From Gemmatimonadota bacterium (GTDB taxonomy: Bacteria > Gemmatimonadota > Gemmatimonadetes > Palauibacterales > KS3-K002): a stretch of DNA of 64,000 nt. Positions 29,776 to 40,775 of the stretch are shown piece after piece (the first letter of the stretch is position 1; each line of letters begins with the position of its first letter). Location: assembly GCA_039586795.1 (NCBI GenBank), contig JBDHJS010000027.1, positions 20,372 to 84,371 of the forward strand. Direction: 5' to 3'. The notes below the pieces were generated by a model. It had not been told where the DNA came from. It was given only the letters and a program-made list of their open reading frames with translations, and made no database searches. The translations under genes were made by a program, and so were the position numbers.

Positions 29776-30375
29776 TCACTGGGTTCGCGACGCGACGATG
29801 ACGGTGTCCGCGGGCGAACCCGGTGGTTCCTGACAACCGCATAGGTCCTGCAGGAGGCGTCGAATCGTGATCTCCTGCCAGACGTCATCCCCGCGCATCG
29901 CTCCTTCATACGCGCCGCCCGCGGCACCGAGGACAGCCACTCCGGCCGCATGGGCGCCTATGACCTTGCCGGGATCCGCGCGCGAGCCGAGAATGGCACC
30001 CATCACAGCCGAAGCGACCCCGACGACGGCGCCGACGGCCGCGCCCTTTGCCGCTCCTGTCACCGCCCCCTCCGCGGCAGCCCCGACGCTGCCGGCCTGG
30101 CCCCGAAACACCTCGAGCTTCAAGATCTCATGCACGGGAATGGCGTACTCCCGACGATCTTTCAGCGAATAGACCACCACCGTGTCGAAGCTGGCGTAGA
30201 TGAGCTCTCCTTCGTGCGCAGCCTGCGCGTCGGCGTCGCACCGCTTTGCAGGTGGGCAATACCAGTGTGCAACTCGGAGTTTACGGCCGGTTGGAGATGG
30301 GGGGCCGCTGGGCTGTACGCCGCAGGATGCGGTCGCTAGGATCACCGTCGCTATAATAAGGATTCTTGCTAGCAT
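29776..30375 (-). CDS. Hypothetical lipoprotein with glycine-zipper segment
   Basis: TASC lipobox; GAxxGAxxGA repeats. Confidence 0.7.
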   Translation of the reverse strand: MLARILIIATVILATASCGVQPSGPPSPTGRKLRVAHWYCPPAKRCDADAQAAHEGELIYASFDTVVVYSLKDRREYAIPVHEILKLEVFRGQAGSVGAAAEGAVTGAAKGAAVGAVVGVASAVMGAILGSRADPGKVIGAHAAGVAVLGAAGGAYEGAMRGDDVWQEITIRRLLQDLCGCQEPPGSPADTVIVASRTQ

Positions 30376-30540
30376 TTGATCTCACCTAGTGTCGTAAAGT
30401 TCCATCCATCGCCGGTATGTTGACGCGACTCGATCAAGCCCGAGTCAAGGCGTGATGGATCGCTGGCCCTTGCTCGGCGCGGCTTGGCGCTGCATATCTC
30501 GGTCACGCTGGGTGAACGGGACGAGACGAAATGGGGGCCT

Positions 30541-32799
30541 GTGGACCTGCAACAACGCATCCGAGAGCGCAAGATCGTCCAGTGGGCGGTGGTCTATCTG
30601 GCCGGCGCCTGGCTGTCCCTGGAGGCGTTCGGGTTCGTGGCCGATGCATTCAACTGGTCCCCAGCTGTAGTACGCAGCGCCGTCCTCATCGTCGCTGTCG
30701 GGTTCTTAGCGATTCTCGTTCTTGCCTGGTTCCACGGAGAGCAGGGCCGCCAGAGGATCAGTGGTATGGAAGCCGCGTTGCTTGCCGCGCTGGCGCTGGT
30801 CGCTGTCGTGCTGGTCGTCACGCTGGGCCGCGTACCGGAGCCGCCTGCGCCGGCCCCCTCGCGCTCCGTTGCCGCCGCCGAAGTCGATCGCCCGTCCGTC
30901 GCCGTCGTCCCGTTCTCCGTTCGCGGCGACGAGATGGAGCTCTGGCAGGAAGGGCTCGTCGACTTGCTGTCGATCAACCTGGACGGATCAGCGCTCCGAG
31001 CCATCGATAGCCGCACAGTGTTGGCGCGCTGGCACGAGCGAACGGCCGGCGGCGTAGAAGCCGACCTGGAGACCGCGCTGGCCGTCGCGCGTGAGACGGG
31101 CGCGCGACATGTGGTGATCGGAACTGCACTGGCCACCGGCTCGCAGGTGCGACTCGCCGCGAACGTGCGGGACGTCGAGAACGGCGCGCTGGTGCACCAG
31201 GCGCAGGTGGACACTCATGTCGACAGCATGATCCCGGCTGTCGACGAGCTTTCTATCGAGCTGCTCCGTTTCCTGCTGCGGGAACTGGAGACTCAACCTC
31301 GAGCTAACCTGGCCAGCGTGACCACCGGATCGATCGAAGCACTCAAGTCGTTTTTGAACGGCGAGCAATTGTATCGGCGTGGCGAGTATGCGGCAGCGGA
31401 CGATGCGTATTCGCAGGCGGTGAGTGCCGATTCCAGCTTTGCGCTAGCGCTCTATCGGTTGGGTCTGACCCGCGGTTGGACGGAGGCTGCCGGCACCGAG
31501 TTGGCCGAGGGACCTCTGGCCCGCGCAGATTCTCTCGCCAACCTGCCTCAACGTGAGCGGGGTTTGGTGCGCGCAGCGCTGGCCATGGTGCGCAGTGACG
31601 GAACCGAGATCGACTCGACCCGCGTGCTGGCGGCTCGCTATCCCGATGATGCCGAGGCGTGGTACCTGCTCGGCGAGCTCTACTTACATGAGGGCTTTGC
31701 TCGACTGGTCGGTTGGGAGGAGACGGAAGAAGCGTTCTTGCGTGCCGTGGACCTGGATCCGACTTGGGCCCCCTATCACATCCACCTCGTCGATCTCGCC
31801 TTCCGTTATCACGCCGACAGCGCTCTCGCCGTCGAGCGCATCGGCCGCTATCGGGAGCTGGCTCCCGAATCCTTCTGGAACCGCTATTACGATCTCCTCT
31901 TCGCCATCGCTTTCGGCGACGAATCAGCACGACGCGCCGCCATGGACGAGTTGAGAGCTGGAGAGCTTCTTGATGTGGAGCGGGTGTCCGACCGCCTCGA
32001 TCACCCGGCCTTCTGGCCAGCTCGGGAAGAGCTCCTCCAGCTGGAGCGCAACCGCGGTTCGGAATCGCAGGGCATCGACGCGCTACGCAACCTCATCCTT
32101 ATCAACATCTACGCGCGCGGCTGGCTGGACGCGGCCATGGGATACCAGGGCGACGCTCTGGCATCTCGGGCCGTATCACCGTGCGACTACCTGTTCACAG
32201 AGGTCACCCTCGGGATCGCGACTCATCCGTTCGAGAGCGAACTGGCTCTGGAGAGGATCGAGTCGGACTCCGTCGGCCTCGCGGATCCAGAGGCGCACAT
32301 ATCGCGGCTGGCCTGCAGCGCGCTCTATGCTGTCTACCGAGGCAGAGAAGGCGATCATCGTTTGTTGCGCGATCGGCTTGATGCGATCATAGCTGTCGCC
32401 GCCACCCAGGACACGAGTACGGCCAACTACTTCCAATCCCTGCAGCTGCTGATCGACGGCTTCGAAGCGTGGCTCGGCGGTGATTCCCAAGCCGCCTACG
32501 ACATACTGAGCCAGTTCACGCCTCGAGACGATCTCAGCATTCCGAGTATGGGGAACGCCCAGATCTTGCTCGATGTCGAACGTCCGGACGAGGCATTGCC
32601 GTATCTGCTCGCCATGCGCAGCAACCCTGTTGCACGTTTCTATTTGGGAAGAGCCTACGAGGCCCTGGGCCGTGACGCCGAGGCACGAGAGGCGTATGAG
32701 TACTTCCTCTCCAGCTGGGCCGATGCCGATCTCGACCTGATGCCGTTGGTCGACCGCGCGCGGCGGGCGCTGACCCGGATAGCGGCGCGGTTGAACTAA
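30541..32799 (+). CDS. Membrane-anchored TolB-N-like/TPR receptor-like protein
   Basis: RERKIVQW-x2-VY-x3-AW membrane module, 3 TM, VAVVPF domain, TPR helices, terminal YEYF-x3-WADAD motif; start may instead be 30484. Confidence 0.8.
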   Translation: MDLQQRIRERKIVQWAVVYLAGAWLSLEAFGFVADAFNWSPAVVRSAVLIVAVGFLAILVLAWFHGEQGRQRISGMEAALLAALALVAVVLVVTLGRVPEPPAPAPSRSVAAAEVDRPSVAVVPFSVRGDEMELWQEGLVDLLSINLDGSALRAIDSRTVLARWHERTAGGVEADLETALAVARETGARHVVIGTALATGSQVRLAANVRDVENGALVHQAQVDTHVDSMIPAVDELSIELLRFLLRELETQPRANLASVTTGSIEALKSFLNGEQLYRRGEYAAADDAYSQAVSADSSFALALYRLGLTRGWTEAAGTELAEGPLARADSLANLPQRERGLVRAALAMVRSDGTEIDSTRVLAARYPDDAEAWYLLGELYLHEGFARLVGWEETEEAFLRAVDLDPTWAPYHIHLVDLAFRYHADSALAVERIGRYRELAPESFWNRYYDLLFAIAFGDESARRAAMDELRAGELLDVERVSDRLDHPAFWPAREELLQLERNRGSESQGIDALRNLILINIYARGWLDAAMGYQGDALASRAVSPCDYLFTEVTLGIATHPFESELALERIESDSVGLADPEAHISRLACSALYAVYRGREGDHRLLRDRLDAIIAVAATQDTSTANYFQSLQLLIDGFEAWLGGDSQAAYDILSQFTPRDDLSIPSMGNAQILLDVERPDEALPYLLAMRSNPVARFYLGRAYEALGRDAEAREAYEYFLSSWADADLDLMPLVDRARRALTRIAARLN

Positions 32800-32936
32800 A
32801 GCCTGGCGCAGCGTCTGGCTGCGCTTGATCACCCCCGCCAAACGGACCATCTTCCGGCGATGATATACCGTGGCCCCGTACCTCCATCCTGCGCGGTTCC
32901 TCTTCTGGTTCGCCGCGTCACTCGCGCAGTCACGCC

Positions 32937-35351
32937 ATGAACGACCGCACTCCGGGCTACCGGAAGTTCTTTGCCGAGGTCAAACGGCGCGGCGTGTTCA
33001 AGATGGCCGCCGTCTATGGGGCCGTCGCTTTCGCCGTGTTACAGGGCGCCGATATCGTCTTTCCCAGTCTCGGATTGCCTGACAAATCACTGACCGTCGT
33101 CGTGGTGGTCGCCCTGCTTGGGTTCCCCATCGCTATCGCTCTGGCCTGGGCGTACGAGGTGACGGGGCAGGGAGTACGCCTGGAGGATCCGGCCTCCAGT
33201 AGCGAACTGGAGGCGATGGCGGCCGAGCCGAGAAGCAGGCGTTGGCTCGCGGGCCTTGTCGCGCTGGTCGCCGTCGTTCTCATGGTGGGCACCGGCTGGC
33301 TGATCCTGACCCGAGGACAGTCGACTGCGGGAGACGGAAGCGATGACGCTTCGTCGACGGTAGCGCGTGTCGTCGTTCTTCCGTTCACCGTCCGAGGCAC
33401 CGAACACGAATACCTGAGTGAGGGGATGGTCGACATCCTGAGTCGAAAGCTGGATGTCGCGGGTGAGTTGCGGGGTGTCGATCCGCGAGCCGTGCTTGCC
33501 CTGGCGCAAGACGAGGGCGAGCCCCCGGGCCCGGTGCGCGGACGAGAGATCGCCCGTCGCCTGCAGGCGGACTTTTTCGTTCTTGGCGCAATACTCGAAC
33601 TGGACGGCCGGCTGCAAATCGATGCGTCCCTGTACGATGCGGAGAGGGACGTCGAAGCGATCACCCAGGCCACAGCGGGCGGCGATCCCGGTGACGTGAT
33701 GGGAATCGTGGATGACCTCGCCGCTCAGCTTCTTCTCAGCAGCGGCGGAAGGGGTGGCCCCGTCGCCCACATCGCAGCCGTGACCACCGACTCGTTGGCG
33801 GCACTGAAGGAGTACCTGCAGGGTGAACGGGCGCTGCGGGCAGGCGAATATCTCACGGCAGCGGAGGCTTTCCAGCGTGCGGTGAGCGTGGACTCGGCGT
33901 TCGCTCTTGCCTGGTATCGTCTCAGCGTCGCGTACGAATGGCTCACGCGAGACCACCTGGTACGCGAGTCGGCAGCACAGGCGTTCCGTCACGCCGGCCG
34001 CCTGTCGGAGCATGATCGATTGTTACTCCAGGCCGCAGTCGCCGCGCGCGGAGGCGATCACGTACTGGCGGAGCAGCTCTATCGATCGATCGTTGGCTCC
34101 TACCCCGACGATACAGAGGCGTGGTTCCAGCTCGGCGAAGTGCTCTTCCACTACGCGTTCATGACGGGTCGCCGGATCGCGGTGTCGCGAGAGGCCTTCG
34201 AGCGTGTGCTCAACTACGAGCCCGACCACATGAATACGTTGATTCATGTCGCCAGGATCGTCGCGACGGATCACGATCCGACAGAGCTCAACGAGATCAC
34301 CGATCAATTCCTCGAGCTCAACCCGGAGGCTGATCGCGCGATCGAAATGCGAGCACTTCGCGCGTTTGCTACCGATGACTCGGCCGAAATCGCGCGTGTA
34401 TTAACTGACCTCCGGCGCGTGTCTGACCCGGCGCTTCTCACTACGGTTGCCTACGTCCCGGTTATGGCTGCCGATGTCGAGGCCGGTTTGACTATGTCAT
34501 CGACACTAACCGGGGAATCGCGTATCGCCGAGATGCGGGCACTCGGCCACGTCTACCGCGCCTACCTCCTCATGGCGAAGGGGCAATTCAGCGCCGCAGT
34601 CGATCAATTCGAGGCTGCGCGAACATTCGGGTCGACACGCGCAACGGAATTCGGCGCCATCATCCCTCTCTTGCCATTCTTTCCGGCGAGCGATGACGAT
34701 ATCGTGGCGATGCGCAATGTGATACGGGCTTTCGATCCGGATACGGTTGCGCCGATCACGCATCCCAGCGGTTTCCTCCGAGGCCATAACGAAGTGCACC
34801 GACATCTCAAGCCGTTCCTCCTCGGGCTATTGAACGCGCGCTTGGGGAATGCATCCGATAGCGAGCGATACGCGGCCGAGCTCGAGACTTCGGAGAAGCC
34901 CTTGCGGAGTCCCACCCTTCCGGAAGATCTGTCACTTGGCATCAGGGCTTACGTTGCCTGGCAGAGTGGCGAATCGGCTGAAGGGCTTTCGCTGCTCGAG
35001 AACGCGCCCATGCAGACCTACTACCAGAACGCCTTCAGGTCTCCGTATTACTCGTTTGCTATTCTTCGCTACCTACGAGCGATGTTCCTGGAGGATCTAG
35101 GGCGCGAGGAAGAAGCGCTAATTTGGTTCGGCTCATTCGAAGAGATCTCGATCTACGACCTCGTCTTCGTCGCGCCGGCCCTGCTTCGCCGCGCCGAGAT
35201 CTATGACCGACTCGGCGACCGCGAAGCGGCCCGCCGACACTATGCCCGCTTCATCGAGCTGTGGGCCGACTGCGATCCAGAGCTGCGTCCTGAGGTCGAT
35301 CGCGCCGAGCGGCGTTTGGCCGAACTCGCGGGCGAGCCGGGCCCGGGCTAG
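32937..35351 (+). CDS. Membrane-anchored TolB-N-like/TPR receptor-like protein (paralog)
   Basis: EVKRRGVFK-x3-VY module, VVVLPF, VTTDSLAAL, TPRs, terminal YARFIELWADCD. Confidence 0.85.
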   Translation: MNDRTPGYRKFFAEVKRRGVFKMAAVYGAVAFAVLQGADIVFPSLGLPDKSLTVVVVVALLGFPIAIALAWAYEVTGQGVRLEDPASSSELEAMAAEPRSRRWLAGLVALVAVVLMVGTGWLILTRGQSTAGDGSDDASSTVARVVVLPFTVRGTEHEYLSEGMVDILSRKLDVAGELRGVDPRAVLALAQDEGEPPGPVRGREIARRLQADFFVLGAILELDGRLQIDASLYDAERDVEAITQATAGGDPGDVMGIVDDLAAQLLLSSGGRGGPVAHIAAVTTDSLAALKEYLQGERALRAGEYLTAAEAFQRAVSVDSAFALAWYRLSVAYEWLTRDHLVRESAAQAFRHAGRLSEHDRLLLQAAVAARGGDHVLAEQLYRSIVGSYPDDTEAWFQLGEVLFHYAFMTGRRIAVSREAFERVLNYEPDHMNTLIHVARIVATDHDPTELNEITDQFLELNPEADRAIEMRALRAFATDDSAEIARVLTDLRRVSDPALLTTVAYVPVMAADVEAGLTMSSTLTGESRIAEMRALGHVYRAYLLMAKGQFSAAVDQFEAARTFGSTRATEFGAIIPLLPFFPASDDDIVAMRNVIRAFDPDTVAPITHPSGFLRGHNEVHRHLKPFLLGLLNARLGNASDSERYAAELETSEKPLRSPTLPEDLSLGIRAYVAWQSGESAEGLSLLENAPMQTYYQNAFRSPYYSFAILRYLRAMFLEDLGREEEALIWFGSFEEISIYDLVFVAPALLRRAEIYDRLGDREAARRHYARFIELWADCDPELRPEVDRAERRLAELAGEPGPG

Positions 35352-35362
35352 CCGCCACGACT

Positions 35363-35476
35363 GTTCGACGCCGAACGCGCCGTCCCGAATCCGAACGCCG
35401 CCCGTCCTCAGTCAAGTACCGTAAAGCCATATCAGTAAATCAGTTACGCCAGTCGTTGCTTGGCACACTCTCTGCA
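35363..35476 (+). promoter_or_regulatory. Sigma54 promoter with upstream enhancer boxes
   Basis: TGGCACACTCTCTGCA at 35461-35476; GTTCG-N4-CGAAC at 35363-35376 and a degenerate copy at 35383-35396; AT-rich spacer. Confidence 0.7.
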
Positions 35477-35513
35477 CAGGGCATCTCAACTGGGGTGAAA
35501 CCGCTGAACGTGA

Positions 35514-37937
35514 GTGTTCGCAATGTTCGACAGGCTAAGACAGGACATACTCTACGCCTTCCGCCAGCTCCGGGTCCGGCCCGGTCTATCCATCGCTGCC
35601 GTATTGACCCTGGCGCTGGGAATCGGTGCCAACGGGGCGATCTTCAGCGTGGTAAACGGAGTGCTGCTCAGGCCGCTACCCTACGGGGACCCGGATGAGC
35701 TCACTGCTGTGTGGCATCAAGAGGGTCCGGGTGGCGATCTCGTATCCGTGTCCTACGAGAACTTCCAGGACTGGCGAGCGGAGACCGAGACATTCGCGGA
35801 TATGGCGGCGTTCAGCCGTTCGACCGTGACGTTGCTCACCGATGATGTGGCGGAACGCTTGCCCGGGGCGATGATCACGCCGAACACGTTCCGGCTCCTG
35901 AGAATTCCACCGGCTCTGGGCCGAGACTTTGTCGCGGATGACGCGATCGACGGTGCGACCCCGGTCGTGATGTTGAGTCACGGCCTGTTCATGGGCGCGT
36001 TTGGTGGCGACGCTGGGATGATTGGTAGCACGCTGCGGTTGAGTGGCGTCGAGCATCAGGTGATCGGCGTGATGCCCGCAGGTTTCCGTACGCCTTTCTT
36101 CGAAGAGGCGGAGCTATGGCGACCGATGGGTGACGATGCGGCGTGTGGCAGGGGTTGCTGGTTCGCCCGCGTGGTTGGTCGGCTCGAGCCCGGCACTTCT
36201 CTCGAGGAGGCGCAGGCCGAGCTCGATGTAGTGGGAGAGCGCCTGCAAACAGAATACCCGGATGCTAACGCCGATGTGCGAGTAGCCGCCGTCGGGCTGC
36301 GCGATGAAATAGTAGGCGATGTGCGGCCCGCTTTGCTCGTCATCCTGGTGGGCGTCGGCCTTGTTCTGCTGATCGCGTGCGTCAATGTTGCGAACCTTTT
36401 GTTGGCCCGAGCCATCGCCAGAGAACGCGAAGTTGCGGTGCGTGCCGCCTTAGGCGCTTCACGGGGCCGCATCACCAAGCAGTTGTTGACCGAGAGCGTC
36501 GTGCTGGCGCTGGTCGGTGGATTGGCCGGCGTGTACGTAGCCTATATGGCGGTTGACGCGCTGATCGTGCTGGCACCTCAAGATCTGCCACGTCTCGATG
36601 TAGTCCGTGTGGATGGGCTGGTGCTCGCCGCGATGACGGTGCTGACGACGGGTACCGGTGTACTCTTTGGCCTCGTCCCCGCTTTTCACGCAAGCCGTGC
36701 CGACGCCGGCGGCGCGTTGGGGAGCGATCGTTCGGTCGCTGGCCGTCAGAGCAGAGGCCGGCTCCGCGATGCTCTGGTTGTGTCGCAGATGGCTCTGGCG
36801 GTTACGCTGCTGGTTGGCGCCGGGCTTTTGCTCAAGAGCTTCGTCACGCTCGTGCGCGTGGACCCGGGTTTCGATCCCCGCGGTCTGCTGACCGCTGAGA
36901 CCCGGTTCTCCGGCGAGCGCTACTCGGGCCCCGCGCGCCTGGATTTCTACGAAGAGCTGTTCACGCGAATGGAAGCGCGACCCGATGTCGACGCAGCAGC
37001 CGGCGTCTGGCTGCTGCCGTTCACGACGGGAGCGGTCATCTCCAGCATTGAAGTCGAAGGGCGACCCGACGTTGCGCCGACGGAAGAGCCCGAGGCTTCA
37101 ATGCGGCCGGTAACCGACGGTTACTTCGAACTGATGCGTATCCCGCTCGTCGCTGGTCGACGATTGCAGCGATCGGATGACACGAACACGCAACGCGTCG
37201 TGGTGATCAGCGAATCGATGGCTCGGGACATATGGGCCGACGAAGATCCGATCGGCCGTCAAATCCGCTTCGGCATGCAGTTCGAGGACTCCGAGCCATG
37301 GCGCGAGGTCGTCGGCGTTGTCGGCGATGTGAAACTGCGTGGCCTGGATGACGAAGACCGCGCCATTGCGTACGTACCTTATCGCCAATTCACTATCGGG
37401 TCACTCGCCGTGGCGCTGCGAACCGCAGGCGACCCGGCAGAGCTGGCCGCTCCGTTTCGAGCCACGGTTCGTTCCATCGATCCGCAGGTCGCGGTCTACG
37501 ATGTGTCCACCATGGACCGCCTCGTCGCCGCTTCGCTGGCCGAGCGCCGGTTCTTCATGTTACTGCTCGGACTGTTCGCGGCACTCGCGGCAATCCTGGC
37601 CAGCGTGGGGATATATGCGGTGACCAGCTATGTGGTTGGTAGCCGCACCCGGGAGATGGGAATTCGTATCGCCGTCGGCGCCCAGGCCGGCGAGGTACAA
37701 CGCGGTGTGCTGACCCGAGCCGGTAGTGTCGCTGCCCTCGGCCTGGCTATTGGTTTGGCCGCCGCTTTCGGCCTGACGCGCCTCATGCGCAGTCTGCTGT
37801 TCGAGACATCGCATGTCGACCCGCTCGTATTCTCAGGCATGGCAGCGCTGCTCGCCGGCGTCGCCCTGTTGGCTGCCTGGTTGCCGGCGCGTCGGGCCTC
37901 TCGCGTCGATCCGATGATCGCGCTGCGACAGGAATGA
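35514..37937 (+). CDS. ADOP-type duplicated orphan ABC permease without prefix domain
   Basis: QDILYAFRQL, TLALGIGANGAIFSVV, ACVNVANLLLAR, DPGFD, REMGIRIAVGA; start 35514 or 35523. Confidence 0.93.
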   Translation: MFAMFDRLRQDILYAFRQLRVRPGLSIAAVLTLALGIGANGAIFSVVNGVLLRPLPYGDPDELTAVWHQEGPGGDLVSVSYENFQDWRAETETFADMAAFSRSTVTLLTDDVAERLPGAMITPNTFRLLRIPPALGRDFVADDAIDGATPVVMLSHGLFMGAFGGDAGMIGSTLRLSGVEHQVIGVMPAGFRTPFFEEAELWRPMGDDAACGRGCWFARVVGRLEPGTSLEEAQAELDVVGERLQTEYPDANADVRVAAVGLRDEIVGDVRPALLVILVGVGLVLLIACVNVANLLLARAIAREREVAVRAALGASRGRITKQLLTESVVLALVGGLAGVYVAYMAVDALIVLAPQDLPRLDVVRVDGLVLAAMTVLTTGTGVLFGLVPAFHASRADAGGALGSDRSVAGRQSRGRLRDALVVSQMALAVTLLVGAGLLLKSFVTLVRVDPGFDPRGLLTAETRFSGERYSGPARLDFYEELFTRMEARPDVDAAAGVWLLPFTTGAVISSIEVEGRPDVAPTEEPEASMRPVTDGYFELMRIPLVAGRRLQRSDDTNTQRVVVISESMARDIWADEDPIGRQIRFGMQFEDSEPWREVVGVVGDVKLRGLDDEDRAIAYVPYRQFTIGSLAVALRTAGDPAELAAPFRATVRSIDPQVAVYDVSTMDRLVAASLAERRFFMLLLGLFAALAAILASVGIYAVTSYVVGSRTREMGIRIAVGAQAGEVQRGVLTRAGSVAALGLAIGLAAAFGLTRLMRSLLFETSHVDPLVFSGMAALLAGVALLAAWLPARRASRVDPMIALRQE

Positions 37938-38051
37938 TCGTCAACTGACAACTGCCTTGAGATTCGGCCGTAGTGGGGTTAAAAAAGGTCCCGTACAGAG
38001 ATAGCCCCGCGCGTTCGCTATCACACAAACCTCCGAAGGAGATTCCCGGCC

Positions 38052-39806
38052 ATGTTCGGATTCTGTGCACGGTGCGCATCGGTTGCGTTGGTGCTCGTAG
38101 CCGGTCTTGCCATCCCAAGAGCGGAGGCCCAGGAAACACTCACGCTTGAGCCGTGTGAGCTGCAGGGCGTCCTCGGCGAGACCAGCTGCGGTACCCTACA
38201 GGTTTACGAGGACCGGGAGGCGATGAGCGGCCGCAAGATCGGTATCAATATCGTCGTTCTGCACGCCACCGGGCAGTCGCCGGCGCCCGATCCCTTCGTC
38301 TTCATACCGGGCGGACCCGGTGAGTCGGCCACCGAGTTGGCTGGCTACATCGCGCAAGCTCACGCCGGAATCCGCCAGGGGCGCGACATACTGTTGGTCG
38401 ACCAGAGAGGCACCGGTGGCTCGCATCCTCTGAACTGTGAGTTCTACGGATCGCCGGACGACCCACAGAGCTATCTGGGTCGTTTCTTTCCCATCGAGGA
38501 CGTGGAGACGTGTCGCTCACAGCTCGAGTCGAGCGCCAACCTCGGGCTCTATACGACACCGCTCGCCATGGATGACCTGGATGACGTCCGCCAGGCGCTG
38601 GGCTACGAACAGCTCAACCTGTTTGGCGGGTCGTACGGTACGCGCGCTGTGCAGGTGTACCTGCGCCGACACGGGGCTCACACACGCACCGCCATCCTCC
38701 ATGGCGTGACCACGACCGGCGCGTTCATACCGCGTGACCTGGCGCCGGATGCGCAGCGCGCGCTCGAGGGGGTGATCGACGATTGCCTGGCGGATGAGAG
38801 CTGCGCGGGCGCCTTCCCCGACATACGCGGGGAAGTCGAGTCGGTGTTCAGTCGACTGGAGGCCGGACCTGTTCCCGTCGAGGTTCTCAACCCGCTGACC
38901 GGCGACATCGTCGAGATCCAGCTTTCTCGCGACAACGTTGCAGAAGCGGTTCGTTATCTGCTTTACGGATCGGGCAGCGCTGGCAACATCCCGGTTTACA
39001 TCCACCATGCCGCACAGGGCGACTTCACGCCGCTGGGCGAGTACGCGCTGTTCGAGCGGCGCTTTATCGTGGCCAGTGGCAGCAACGGCATGTACCTGTC
39101 GGTTACCTGCGCGGAAGACGTCCCGTTCATCGAGCCCGGCGAGGGGGAGCGCCTGGCTAAGGGCACATTCCTGGGCGACTACCGGGTTCGCGACCAGCGT
39201 GACGCTTGTGCTGTCTGGCGGCGTGGAGACATACCCGAAGACTACGCCGAGCCGATTCGCTCCAGCGTCCCGATTCTCATCCTTTCGGGGCAGTGGGACC
39301 CGGTCACGCCGCCGCAATACGGCGACTACGTATCGAAGTATCTGGAAAACTCACTACACGTCGTCGTGCCCTACGGCGGACACGGCTTCAACGGGTTGGA
39401 GGGGGTCGATTGCATTGACGGTCTCATGGAACAAACGGTGGAACAGGGAAGTGTGGAGGGACTCGACACTAGCTGCGTGCAGGAAGTTCGTCGACCGCCG
39501 TTTCCCGTCTCGCTGCCGCCCATGAAACCGATCGCGATGAGCGATCAGGAACTGCAGCCCTATGCCGGCCGCTATGCTGCAGAAGGGCCGTTCGCGATCA
39601 TCGCGGAGGTTGCGGGTGGTAAGTTGAAGATCGACGCTGGACCCCAGGGTGTCTTTTTCGCGGTCCCGGTGACCAGCGATCGATTCCGAGTGGCAGGTGT
39701 GTCGGACGTCTACATCCTGTTTACTCTCGAGGAAGACGCGGTGACGCAGTTGGCGGTGGAGCAGAGTGGCAACGTGATCGCGCTGCTGGACCGACAGGAC
39801 GAGTAG
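38052..39806 (+). CDS. Secreted alpha/beta-hydrolase peptidase (S33/TAP-like)
   Basis: Signal peptide; PGGPG, VDQRGTG, GGSYGT, WDPVTP, GGHG. Confidence 0.9.
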   Translation: MFGFCARCASVALVLVAGLAIPRAEAQETLTLEPCELQGVLGETSCGTLQVYEDREAMSGRKIGINIVVLHATGQSPAPDPFVFIPGGPGESATELAGYIAQAHAGIRQGRDILLVDQRGTGGSHPLNCEFYGSPDDPQSYLGRFFPIEDVETCRSQLESSANLGLYTTPLAMDDLDDVRQALGYEQLNLFGGSYGTRAVQVYLRRHGAHTRTAILHGVTTTGAFIPRDLAPDAQRALEGVIDDCLADESCAGAFPDIRGEVESVFSRLEAGPVPVEVLNPLTGDIVEIQLSRDNVAEAVRYLLYGSGSAGNIPVYIHHAAQGDFTPLGEYALFERRFIVASGSNGMYLSVTCAEDVPFIEPGEGERLAKGTFLGDYRVRDQRDACAVWRRGDIPEDYAEPIRSSVPILILSGQWDPVTPPQYGDYVSKYLENSLHVVVPYGGHGFNGLEGVDCIDGLMEQTVEQGSVEGLDTSCVQEVRRPPFPVSLPPMKPIAMSDQELQPYAGRYAAEGPFAIIAEVAGGKLKIDAGPQGVFFAVPVTSDRFRVAGVSDVYILFTLEEDAVTQLAVEQSGNVIALLDRQDE

Positions 39807-39812
39807 ACGACG

Positions 39813-40637
39813 TCAGGGAGCGTCGGTCTCCAGCGCCTCTCTTATCTTCTCCTGGTCAAGGGCTGAACGGCTCATGTTCAGCCTGCTGTGCTCGCCGTCG
39901 ACCACCATCTGGAACTTGCCTTCGCACAGGAGCTTAATGCGATTCATCACGTTCGCGGTGACCCGGTTGTGGATGGTTTCCCAGATCGGATTCACAACGC
40001 GACGGTGCGGCCAGTTCTTCTTCCCATAGAAATCGAAGCTGGTCAACGAGAATAGCTGGGTCTGGCCAACCTCTCCACGGTCGGAGATTGGCGATCGAGC
40101 GTAAAGACAGTAGAAACCGATGGGATAGCCACCGCTACAGCGGTAGAGCAAGTAGCGGGCATTGTCGGGCTCCGTCGGGGCGGGTACCGGCTTGAAATTC
40201 CATTTTGTCAGTTCGAAAAGCGGTATGAACTTCATTCCCATGAAGCCGTCTTCGATGCCGAAGATCGACTTTCTGCGGCCCAGAAGGTAGATCTGGATAT
40301 GCTCCAACCGGCCGTCCACTCTGTACGCCGTGGCAATGTGATTCGGCCAGTACGATACCGCCCCGTCCCACTTCAGCAGCTCCTCGAAGACGAAGCGGAC
40401 CGGCGCATCGATGCCGATGCGATGAATGTTCAGCACCGAGTAGTCCGTGACGCTTATCCCGATACGCTGGAAGATGCTGTGCGAGTAGCGATCCCGCTCA
40501 ACCTCGTCCGCGTACTCTATCAGCGTGGGTATAGCGGGCTTATGCAGTATGAAGGCACGGATATCCCCCAGAAGCCCACCGGGCTTGGCAGGGAGACCCT
40601 TCTCGTTTGCCGGCTGTTCTTCGATTCTTGGCGGCAT
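39813..40637 (-). CDS. Hypothetical protein
   Basis: 274-aa ORF with GGAGGG upstream, filling the gap; no motif recognised. Confidence 0.65.
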   Translation of the reverse strand: MPPRIEEQPANEKGLPAKPGGLLGDIRAFILHKPAIPTLIEYADEVERDRYSHSIFQRIGISVTDYSVLNIHRIGIDAPVRFVFEELLKWDGAVSYWPNHIATAYRVDGRLEHIQIYLLGRRKSIFGIEDGFMGMKFIPLFELTKWNFKPVPAPTEPDNARYLLYRCSGGYPIGFYCLYARSPISDRGEVGQTQLFSLTSFDFYGKKNWPHRRVVNPIWETIHNRVTANVMNRIKLLCEGKFQMVVDGEHSRLNMSRSALDQEKIREALETDAP

Positions 40638-40775
40638 CCACTACCCTCCGATTCTCTGGCCACTTAAAGTAATCGATTGGAGGCGCGCGCGCCCCGGGGT
40701 CGCGTTGCGACCCGTCCAGTTGCCTGACATCTTGTAGCAGCCCGCTCCCAGGACCCTCAACTGGGGTATTTCGCC

